DNA of 64,000 nucleotides from a virus (Duplodnaviria; Heunggongvirae; Uroviricota; Caudoviricetes): the IMG/VR virus record IMGVR_UViG_3300028914_000001, positions 253,489 to 317,488 of that record; one strand, written 5' to 3'. A program made the position numbers and the translations under genes. Of the stretch, positions 56,928 to 64,000 are shown piece by piece (the stretch's first letter is position 1; every line of letters starts with the position of its first letter). The notes beneath the pieces were generated by a model, which was not told the DNA's origin, did no database searches, and saw only the letters and a list, made by a program, of their open reading frames with translations.

Positions 56928-57606
56928 CATCCCTGATTTCCATAAGGGTTTCCACCAGGCTTCCATATTTCTTGCTGGTGGAAAATTCGAGGAGGCCCTT
57001 GGTGGTAGCGTCCAGTTCGTAACCACGGTCGTACATGATGTGGCACCTGAGGACTTCGCAAAGCCAGAATGCGTCGGCGATATCGTTCACAGGGGAGTCG
57101 TAGTTTCCCTTGAACTCCTCGGGGAACCATTGCGGATACATTTCCTCCCAGGCTTGGCACATTGCTGGCTTGCCCGCCTTGCCGTTACCCGTTGCGAAAT
57201 TCTTGTTCTGGTCGATGTTGTACGCTATGACTCCTATGCCCCGGTCGAATGCGGAGACTTTGAGGGAACCCGCAATCTGGGCGAGCTGCAGGATGGAGTT
57301 GGTGTCGCATGACTTTTGTTTAAGTTTACCGTAAGCTAAGTCTTCCATCGACATGTACTTAACACCTTCGGTATCTTCCATGAGGTAGTTCGTAATCCAC
57401 GACAGGCGGTGGATGAGGCCTATCTTTGTCCAGTTCTTCGGCAGATGCCTGATGTGTATATTGTCAGTCTCGAAACAGCGTTTCTTTACCTGGTGGTAGC
57501 CATAGAACTGTATGTCCACGATGTCCAGATTCTTGTCCTCGTCGAGAGTCATGATGACCTTGCCGCTCGAATTCAGCGACTGGTCTATTCCCATTATTTT
57601 AAACAT
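56923..57606 (-). CDS. RuvC-like Holliday junction resolvase
   Basis: MGIDQSLNSSG, MEDLAYG, FATGNGKAGK, NDIADAF; start reassigned to 57606. Confidence 0.8.
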   Translation of the reverse strand: MFKIMGIDQSLNSSGKVIMTLDEDKNLDIVDIQFYGYHQVKKRCFETDNIHIRHLPKNWTKIGLIHRLSWITNYLMEDTEGVKYMSMEDLAYGKLKQKSCDTNSILQLAQIAGSLKVSAFDRGIGVIAYNIDQNKNFATGNGKAGKPAMCQAWEEMYPQWFPEEFKGNYDSPVNDIADAFWLCEVLRCHIMYDRGYELDATTKGLLEFSTSKKYGSLVETLMEIRDV

Positions 57607-57632
57607 TTGCAATCCATTAGGTTCATCTATGG

Positions 57633-57641
57633 TATAAACTA
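57633..57641 (+). promoter_or_regulatory. Putative late promoter TATAAACTA
   Basis: Perfect motif upstream of 57671. Confidence 0.7.
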
Positions 57642-57670
57642 TATTTAATTGGAATCCATAGGATATCAAC

Positions 57671-58018
57671 ATGAAAGTAAAAGCAAACGATTTGTTTGAA
57701 AGCTATCTGAAAACGATTTGTAATTCCCAGGCACAGTTCGAGGCAATCAACAACCTGCACAAGCTCTATTTCGAGTCCGATATGGGTAAGGAAGTGGAAT
57801 GCGGTGATGATGCCGACTGCTGCAAAGGTGAATGCAAGGACGGAAAGTGTGAATGCAAAGACGGCAAATGCGACTGCAAGGATGACAAGTGCGAAGGCAA
57901 GAAGGGTATCAACGAAGCCGTAGGTGAAGATGGCATTGATATCCAGGAAGAAGCAAGAAGGAACGGTCTCAGCGTGCCCGAATATCAGAAAGCGTTGGAG
58001 ATGTTTACCAGCAACTAA
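57671..58018 (+). CDS. Small late protein with shared leader and Cys-rich repeat
   Basis: LFES...AINNLHKLYFES followed by CCKGECKDGKCECKDGKCDCKDDKC. Confidence 0.7.
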   Translation: MKVKANDLFESYLKTICNSQAQFEAINNLHKLYFESDMGKEVECGDDADCCKGECKDGKCECKDGKCDCKDDKCEGKKGINEAVGEDGIDIQEEARRNGLSVPEYQKALEMFTSN

Positions 58019-58029
58019 GGGGCTTTGTT

Positions 58030-59400
58030 ATGGATAAGAGAGGGTTTAACATTGGGCTGAACGGTCTCAAGGACAAATTCCCCGACAAGTTGATACTTAT
58101 CGAGGGTTTGCAGCGTGCATTTAACCGTGAAGTCCCGTCGATTTCGAGGGAGAACCTTGTCGCCCTGTATCAGAACCCTGCCCAGTTCATGGTGAAGAAG
58201 ATACTTGCGGACGGCCTTTGGACGACTCAGCTCCATGAATGGGCGGATAATGGCCTTGAAGACCTGCTTTACATCAATCCGATTTATCTGGGTGCCAAGA
58301 ACGCCTATGGTGATACCGTGTTGATGAACCTTGTCGAGTACGCTATCGGAAAGACGACGGAGCAAATCAATTTCGATTTCCTTAAAAAGCTACTTGAAAA
58401 CCCGATGGTATTCGAGTACAAGATTAACGAGGACGGGGAAACATGTCAGGAAAGCGTTTGGGATATCAAGGATGTGACCGGGCGCACTCCGATAGACTAC
58501 CTTAGCGATATGGCTAGCGGAACGGGCACTTGTGCTGGATGCGAACCTATCGTTGAACTTGCCCCTCTCATCGCTGAGTGGTCATCCATCATGCAGCAGG
58601 CACTTCCCGCTGAAGATGAAGGTGACATGACCGAAGAACCCGTTGAAGAAGAACAACCTGAGGAACAAGCACCTCCGACGGAAGATGAAATTCTTGCATC
58701 GATTTCTGAATACGAACTTTGCGATGGCGAGTGTAACCCTGGAGAAGATGAACCTCTTGCTGACATGGATGCCGCCGATGGAAGTAATCCAGACACGGGC
58801 ATTGTCGATGAGGCTCCCGCAGATAACGGCGTTGATGAGGAACCCATTCCCGAAGAAGCCCGTGCCATGATTCACGATGAGGTCGGAAAGGACCCGTTCA
58901 TCCGTGACACTGGAAATGTGGAAAGAATCGCTAGGGCTAAGCCGACGGTTACCGAATCTGTATCTGGGGACGCCCCGGAGTACCGTACCCCGACTTATGA
59001 CGAGCTTAAAAGCTTGATTCACAAGTCTTCCGAGAATGAACACCAGAAGTACCGCAACGACTGGGAACAGAACAAGGATGCCATCATTGCCGAAGACGAG
59101 CAGTTTGCCGATGATATCATGTCGGGTTCAGCCGTCGCATTGACCAAGACGGGTGACGACATCGTCATCTACACGCCGCAGGATGGTGGATACTTCATCT
59201 GCGACCTGTACGTGGATGAACCATTGAGGGGTCAGGGCATCGGTTCGGAACTGGTTCAGGAAGTGATTGACCGTGCGGGAGACAGTCCAGTATGCCTTTG
59301 CGTTGCGAAGGGCAATACGGATGCGCAGAACCTGTACGAAAAGTTCGGTTTCAGAAAATGCGGGGAAACCCCTGAGCAATACAAGATGATACGAGCCTGA
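58030..59400 (+). CDS. Ankyrin-like/acidic linker/GNAT acetyltransferase fusion
   Basis: C-terminal VDEPLRGQGIG and N..AQNLYEKFGF; N-terminal KNAYGDTVL and KDVTGRTPIDY. Confidence 0.7.
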   Translation: MDKRGFNIGLNGLKDKFPDKLILIEGLQRAFNREVPSISRENLVALYQNPAQFMVKKILADGLWTTQLHEWADNGLEDLLYINPIYLGAKNAYGDTVLMNLVEYAIGKTTEQINFDFLKKLLENPMVFEYKINEDGETCQESVWDIKDVTGRTPIDYLSDMASGTGTCAGCEPIVELAPLIAEWSSIMQQALPAEDEGDMTEEPVEEEQPEEQAPPTEDEILASISEYELCDGECNPGEDEPLADMDAADGSNPDTGIVDEAPADNGVDEEPIPEEARAMIHDEVGKDPFIRDTGNVERIARAKPTVTESVSGDAPEYRTPTYDELKSLIHKSSENEHQKYRNDWEQNKDAIIAEDEQFADDIMSGSAVALTKTGDDIVIYTPQDGGYFICDLYVDEPLRGQGIGSELVQEVIDRAGDSPVCLCVAKGNTDAQNLYEKFGFRKCGETPEQYKMIRA

Positions 59401-59401
59401 T

Positions 59402-59668
59402 TTACTTGACCGTGGTTACATCGGTTCCATCAGGAAGGGTCTGAGTCATTTTCAGGCCCTCTTCTGTTATACGGATGTTGTTGTCCTTGTGTTCGTCGAG
59501 GGTTTCAAACTCGGCAAGGGACGGGGGTTCCTCGTCGGCCATGTCAACGAGGTTTGCGTCGGGGGTGTTTTCCCCGTATACGGTGTTGTACAGGTCGCTT
59601 ACCGTCTGTTTGTCAATGTCGTTGAGTTCTTCCGAACCTTCGATTGCTTCTAAAAAACTGCGTTTCAT
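59402..59668 (-). CDS. Small acidic protein with shared leader
   Basis: MKRSFLEA...TVSDLYNTVYGE; GGAG RBS. Confidence 0.6.
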   Translation of the reverse strand: MKRSFLEAIEGSEELNDIDKQTVSDLYNTVYGENTPDANLVDMADEEPPSLAEFETLDEHKDNNIRITEEGLKMTQTLPDGTDVTTVK

Positions 59669-60489
59669 TTTGTTGTCTCCTTGGGGAACCCTTTCATGGT
59701 TATGACCCCGTTCTCGCTCAGCCTAAGCAGTTTGCTGTAATCTCCTACCTGCCAATCTCCCGAATCGACGCCAGAGTGTCTAGGGTCTTCCCAGAACGAC
59801 TTGGTGTAACCCTTTATGTTCGGACCCGGCTTAAATATAGAAAATACATGCGACCGGGTGTAGTTCTTCATTACATGGAGGATGGATTTTCCGCACAAGT
59901 CCTTGTTCTTGAATATCTTGTACCAGACAAGGTACTTGTCGTCGGGGTCGGTCACGTTCGGCTTGATGACGAGTGCGAACTCTCCACGGTTGAACTTCAT
60001 CGTCCTGAGGTAGTCATCGTCGGTGAACCTGTGTCTCGGGAATCCTCCCTCGTTACAGTACACTGACACGACATACTTGCCGTTGCTCATTTCCTTGATT
60101 CGTTCAATCCATTCGGAGAAGGTGTACCCGTGGCAACCTCGTATTCCGCTCCCGTTCCACTCGCTGAACTTTATGCGTGAGAACTGGTATATGTGAATCA
60201 TCTCGTGAAGGAGGAGCTGTTCAGCCTCGTGCTGGGTGATGTTGTTGTAGAATGTGGAGAGCCTTATCCTGAATGTCCCGACGTACCACTCGTGGTTTTT
60301 CATCGTGCATTCCTTCGTGCGGCGTTCGTTTTTCCAGTATCTTGCGTCTCCACCGAAGGTTTTTGCGTTTACGAGCTTGAACTCAATATTGGCAGGGAGC
60401 TTTCCCTTGAAGAACATGGCGTTAAACTTGTCGTATGACTCCCTCATCCATTCGATTGTCGGAACAAACATAACCCTTCCGTTCTTCAT
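59665..60489 (-). CDS. SprT-like zinc metalloprotease
   Basis: YDKFN..FF.G.LP, LLHEMIH and HG..F. Confidence 0.85.
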   Translation of the reverse strand: MKNGRVMFVPTIEWMRESYDKFNAMFFKGKLPANIEFKLVNAKTFGGDARYWKNERRTKECTMKNHEWYVGTFRIRLSTFYNNITQHEAEQLLLHEMIHIYQFSRIKFSEWNGSGIRGCHGYTFSEWIERIKEMSNGKYVVSVYCNEGGFPRHRFTDDDYLRTMKFNRGEFALVIKPNVTDPDDKYLVWYKIFKNKDLCGKSILHVMKNYTRSHVFSIFKPGPNIKGYTKSFWEDPRHSGVDSGDWQVGDYSKLLRLSENGVITMKGFPKETTK

Positions 60490-60511
60490 ATTTCCCCCAG
60501 TGCGTACCTTA

Positions 60512-60541
60512 AAGTTTATAGGGCGGCGACCCGATAAACTA
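60512..60541. promoter_or_regulatory. Divergent late-like promoter variants
   Basis: TATAAACTT (minus, 60512-60520) and GATAAACTA (plus, 60533-60541). Confidence 0.55.
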
Positions 60542-60563
60542 TTATAAAAAACGAGGAGTTATT

Positions 60564-61427
60564 ATGGCTAAATTTGCTATTAGCGTCAATGGTGGTGGCG
60601 CACTTGGTATTGGTCCCCTGCATTTCATGAGAAGGCTCGAATCGGCTCTTGGAAAGCCGCTTACCGAGATGGCCGTTGCCTATGCTGGCACATCCACGGG
60701 CGCAATCATCGCAGCATGCCTGTCCGAGGGCATCAACGCTACCAACCTGTTCGACCTGTACGACAAGAACCTTTCCAAGATATTCACCAAGTATTCGTGG
60801 TACAAGAGGTTGCAGCCTAGCTGTCCGACCTATGACAACAGCAACCTGAAGAAGCTGTTGCAGGAGAAGTTGAAGGGAAAGTGCAAGGACTGGAAAAAGC
60901 CTACCTACATCACGACAACTTTCATGAACGGAAAGTCCGTTGAAAAGGTATGGGATAACAAGGACGACCAAGACAAGTGGTTTGCGGTACTTTCTTCTAC
61001 GGCGGCCCCGACATATTTCGATGTCCTCTCGAAGGACGGAAACTATTACTGTGACGGAGGCATGTGGTCAAACTCTCCGATTATGGTGCTTGAATCTGGT
61101 TTGAAGCGTGACTATCCTAACTGGAAGAATGTCAAGCTGCTCTCGTTCAACACGGGCATGGATACCCCGAACGATGACACCAAGGGAAACCGCAACTTGC
61201 TCCAATGGGGCGAGTACATCCTTGACAACTGGGTTGCAAGGGCTGGCAAGAGCGACCTCTTCGAAGCTCAGGCAAACCTCGGCAAGGAAAACGTGTACGA
61301 AGTGTCTCCTACGGTCAAGAAGAAATATAAAATGGATAACCTGTCTTTGAAGAACGAGGTTATCCAGATTTGGGACAATGAATTCAACCGCATCGGTGAC
61401 GAAGTGGTCAAGTTCATCAAGGGTTAA
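60564..61427 (+). CDS. Patatin-like phospholipase
   Basis: GGGALG, GTSTG, AAPTYF and DGG motifs. Confidence 0.9.
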   Translation: MAKFAISVNGGGALGIGPLHFMRRLESALGKPLTEMAVAYAGTSTGAIIAACLSEGINATNLFDLYDKNLSKIFTKYSWYKRLQPSCPTYDNSNLKKLLQEKLKGKCKDWKKPTYITTTFMNGKSVEKVWDNKDDQDKWFAVLSSTAAPTYFDVLSKDGNYYCDGGMWSNSPIMVLESGLKRDYPNWKNVKLLSFNTGMDTPNDDTKGNRNLLQWGEYILDNWVARAGKSDLFEAQANLGKENVYEVSPTVKKKYKMDNLSLKNEVIQIWDNEFNRIGDEVVKFIKG

Positions 61428-62101
61428 CGCTTTGGCTGGGGATAGGTCACCTTCGAGTTCGAATGGATGTCGTATCCCCTCCATTCCATCCAGTAACCCA
61501 TAATGTATTCTGAAAGATACCCGTAAAGGCGGGGTTCCAGTTTACCGTGCATCACGTCAACGGTGAACTTTTCCAGCATTGGGAAAAGGAACCTGGAGTA
61601 GTCGTCGACTACCCTCTTGTTTCCGATGAACATGTTGCATCCGTAGTATCCACGTTCGGTAAGCATGCGGTTCATCATGTAGTCCACAAATTCGCTGGAA
61701 TATCTGTCCCTAAGGTACATGAACCACTTGAACATCATTTCCTTCACGATGGTATCGGTGCTTGCGTTAGGGTTGTGCTTTTCCCTTGCAATCCATGACA
61801 TGACGTTCGGCGAATACAGGTGGTTTGGGGACATGATGATGTCGTGGCTGGACAATATGTTTTTGATTGTGTCTTCCTGGAGTAGACGGTCTGGCGTCTT
61901 GACATCTTCCGTGAAAAAGCGGCGATAATGTTCAAGGCCGACGATGTCGGTGTTTACCTGTTTCCACAGCTTGTATAGACCTCCAAGCTCGCAGAAGTAA
62001 TGGTGGTCAAGGTAGCAGTTGGTCAAGTTGTAGAAGGCACGGGGACGGCCTACGCTGACAGGCACCAGTGTCGGGTCGAGTCCGCAAATAAGGATAAGCA
62101 T
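61424..62101 (-). CDS. DUF4422 (GT111-like) glycosyltransferase
   Basis: FCELGGLY.LWK...IVGLEHYRRFF, CNMFI and RLYGYLSE; start 62101 by TAATG coupling. Confidence 0.8.
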   Translation of the reverse strand: MLILICGLDPTLVPVSVGRPRAFYNLTNCYLDHHYFCELGGLYKLWKQVNTDIVGLEHYRRFFTEDVKTPDRLLQEDTIKNILSSHDIIMSPNHLYSPNVMSWIAREKHNPNASTDTIVKEMMFKWFMYLRDRYSSEFVDYMMNRMLTERGYYGCNMFIGNKRVVDDYSRFLFPMLEKFTVDVMHGKLEPRLYGYLSEYIMGYWMEWRGYDIHSNSKVTYPQPKR

Positions 62102-63579
62102 TAGAGTTCCTCCCTGCAAATAACGGTTCTTTCGGTTTCTTCCAGGTCGCTGAGGTCCTTGTTGAAACGGATGTGGGGTTGCAGTTTCAATTTGTACTTG
62201 TTGAACAGGAGCCATGAGCCGAAGGTAAATTCGCCTAGGTAACCGATGTGACGGAATTTCTTTTCCGAAACCGGGTACTTCTTCATGAATTTTCTGGTGT
62301 TCGGGAACAGCCATTCGCAATACTTGTCTATCAGCTCCTTCTTGGCGATAAACATGTTGCAGCAAATGAGCATGTCGTGATGCAGCCTGTCAAGGCAGAA
62401 CTGCTTGAAACCGGGGGTTCCTTCCTCGACGATATCCAGCCATGCGTTGAACATCTTCGTATAGTGGGATACTTCGAGGAAGCTGTATGCGCTCCTTCCT
62501 TTGGTGTGCTGGTGGAATGCGACGATGGCGTCGTATTTTTCGAGAATTTCGAGGGCATCGCTTTTCGGGAGGATGTTGTACGAGCTATTTACATCGTAAC
62601 TTCCGTTGTCCTGCATGACGAAGCATCTGCGGTAATGTTCGAGGCCGACATACTTTGCCTTACTGTGCTTGTGCAGGTAATACAGGGCCGTCAGCTCGCA
62701 GAACCACGGGTTGAACTTGTCGATGTTCGGCTCGTCGTGTTCCTCGTCAACAAAGAAGAATTTGCGGCACGGGTCGTTCTCGATGATTCTGGCAACACGG
62801 TTCTTCGTGGACGATACTACATAGACTTCCATTTCTTCGTCAGGGTCACCTTCTTTCTTCAACGGCAGTGCGTGTGAAATAGGAGGGAAGAGTTTGTCGT
62901 AATACTTTTGCACCGCCTCGATGATTGCTTCCTTGTTCTGTGGTTCTGGAAGTTCTAATGCGGGTGAGAGGTGCCTGATGTCCAGTTCGTAGTCGGCACA
63001 TACAATCGCCATGAAAATGTAGGCGGTATCTTCGTTCATCGGAACCGTGTCGAAATCGAACTCGTGCATGAATGTGAACATCGTCGAGTCGGATGGCGGA
63101 TACAGAGTGTCCTGCGGGCACACGATTTCGTAATACTTGTTAGACAGGTTCGTATCTTTCCTCTTCTCGGCAAGAGAGGAGAAGGTCGCAACTGGCTTGT
63201 CATCGTTCCGTGACACCTTGACCAGGTTGAAAGCTGCGGTGCAGATGCTTCTCGGGAATTTCTCGTGCATCCTGTACAGTCCTTCGAGGCAGTTCGAATC
63301 GTAGTTGATTCCCGACTTTACCGAAATTATAGGAAGTGATGGGTATTCGTCCATCCCGTATACGATTGCCGCCAACGGGTCGTCCGTGGGTGCCATCAGA
63401 TGGGTGCTTACCCTGTTCATTTCCTTGATTGCCTCGGGGACGGTAAACCCTTCCGTTTCGGTCTGGATGCACAGAAGTACGTTGATTTCTGGATTCTTGT
63501 TCAGGATTGAGCATACTGTCTTGCGGCATTGGCCCAATTCATGTTCTTTAACTTGCAAAACGGCGATAGCTTTTGTCAT
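62101..63579 (-). CDS. Two-domain glycosyltransferase: degenerate GT-A plus DUF4422
   Basis: NPWFCELTALY...YVGLEHYRR, CNMFIAKK, Y.EWLF and R..GYLGE. Confidence 0.8.
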   Translation of the reverse strand: MTKAIAVLQVKEHELGQCRKTVCSILNKNPEINVLLCIQTETEGFTVPEAIKEMNRVSTHLMAPTDDPLAAIVYGMDEYPSLPIISVKSGINYDSNCLEGLYRMHEKFPRSICTAAFNLVKVSRNDDKPVATFSSLAEKRKDTNLSNKYYEIVCPQDTLYPPSDSTMFTFMHEFDFDTVPMNEDTAYIFMAIVCADYELDIRHLSPALELPEPQNKEAIIEAVQKYYDKLFPPISHALPLKKEGDPDEEMEVYVVSSTKNRVARIIENDPCRKFFFVDEEHDEPNIDKFNPWFCELTALYYLHKHSKAKYVGLEHYRRCFVMQDNGSYDVNSSYNILPKSDALEILEKYDAIVAFHQHTKGRSAYSFLEVSHYTKMFNAWLDIVEEGTPGFKQFCLDRLHHDMLICCNMFIAKKELIDKYCEWLFPNTRKFMKKYPVSEKKFRHIGYLGEFTFGSWLLFNKYKLKLQPHIRFNKDLSDLEETERTVICREEL

Positions 63580-63600
63580 TGTCGCTCCTTTAATCGCAAT

Positions 63601-63655
63601 TAAAATATATTTTTGAAGTCAAACTCTTGCCAACCGTTTTTAAATAATCTATATT
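63601..63655. promoter_or_regulatory. Divergent control region: AAAATATATTTTA (minus) and TTGCCA-N17-TATATT (plus)
   Basis: 63601-63613 reverse complement; -35 at 63627-63632 and -10 at 63650-63655. Confidence 0.65.
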
Positions 63656-63662
63656 GCATGAC

Positions 63663-64000
63663 ATGAAACAATATCTCGATTTACTCCAAGACATTATGAC
63701 GAACGGCGTTGACCGTTCCGACCGCACGGGTACAGGTACCCGTTCCGTTTTTGGCCGTCAGTGCCGTTATGACCTCACCGCAGGATTCCCGTGCCTCACC
63801 ACGAAGAAGCTGCACCTCCGTTCAATCATTCATGAACTCCTTTGGTTCCTTGCAGGCGATACCAATATCAAGTATCTCCATGACAACAAGGTGACCATCT
63901 GGGATGAATGGGCTGATGAAAACGGTGACTTGGGCCCTGTTTATGGTCACCAGTGGCGTTCATGGCCGACACCAGACGGAGGCCATATCGACCAGATTAA
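63663..64000 (+). CDS. thyA: Thymidylate synthase (5' part, truncated by window end)
   Basis: [49 protein letters not shown]. Confidence 0.95.
   Translation, partial: MKQYLDLLQDIMTNGVDRSDRTGTGTRSVFGRQCRYDLTAGFPCLTTKKLHLRSIIHELLWFLAGDTNIKYLHDNKVTIWDEWADENGDLGPVYGHQWRSWPTPDGGHIDQI

Noticed and set aside
60564-61427. CBASS system around the patatin gene
   Set aside because: No CD-NTase or Cap2/Cap3 genes nearby.
62102-62365. N-terminal extension of ORF 61424-62365
   Set aside because: Overlaps the upstream DUF4422 gene; the TAATG-coupled start at 62101 fits better.
1-64000. CRISPR array, tRNA, rRNA, IS or integrase
   Set aside because: No regularly spaced repeats, cloverleafs or transposase motifs seen; intergenic gaps are short. 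A covariance-model search was not possible.
1-64000. Stop-codon reassignment as seen in some gut jumbo phages
   Set aside because: Core genes are intact in the standard code, and TAA, TAG and TGA all end genes at sensible positions.

Overview
This 64 kb window is a gene-dense piece of a large T4-like (jumbo) myovirus genome read in the standard genetic code. Morphogenesis genes: terminase large and probable small subunits, gp4-like head completion nuclease, gp13-like neck, tail tube, an oversized (~1360 aa) tail sheath, and gp3/gp54/gp53/gp26-like tail and baseplate proteins. Replication, recombination and nucleotide genes: clamp loader, Mre11/gp47, UvsY-like, RuvC-like, NrdD, partial ThyA. 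It also carries a sigma-factor-like protein, an orphan adenine methyltransferase and many accessory genes. NrdD points to an anaerobic host, possibly Fibrobacterota or Bacteroidota (inference). Three recurring promoter motifs are visible: TATAAACTA (late-like), TTGCCA-N17-TATATT (sigma70-like) and AAAATRTATTTTA. Main findings: (1) a shared ~35-aa N-terminal leader on eight unrelated late-promoter proteins, a candidate capsid-loading and cargo-delivery system; (2) a basic ArfA-like ORF with a terminator inside the coding region, predicting a non-stop mRNA; (3) dispersed glycosylation genes, including Glf-like and DUF4422 proteins, several sharing one upstream motif; (4) a candidate +1 frameshift after the gp26-like gene; (5) an unannotated 50-aa RiPP-leader-like peptide. 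All protein assignments come from motifs recognised by eye, with no database search.
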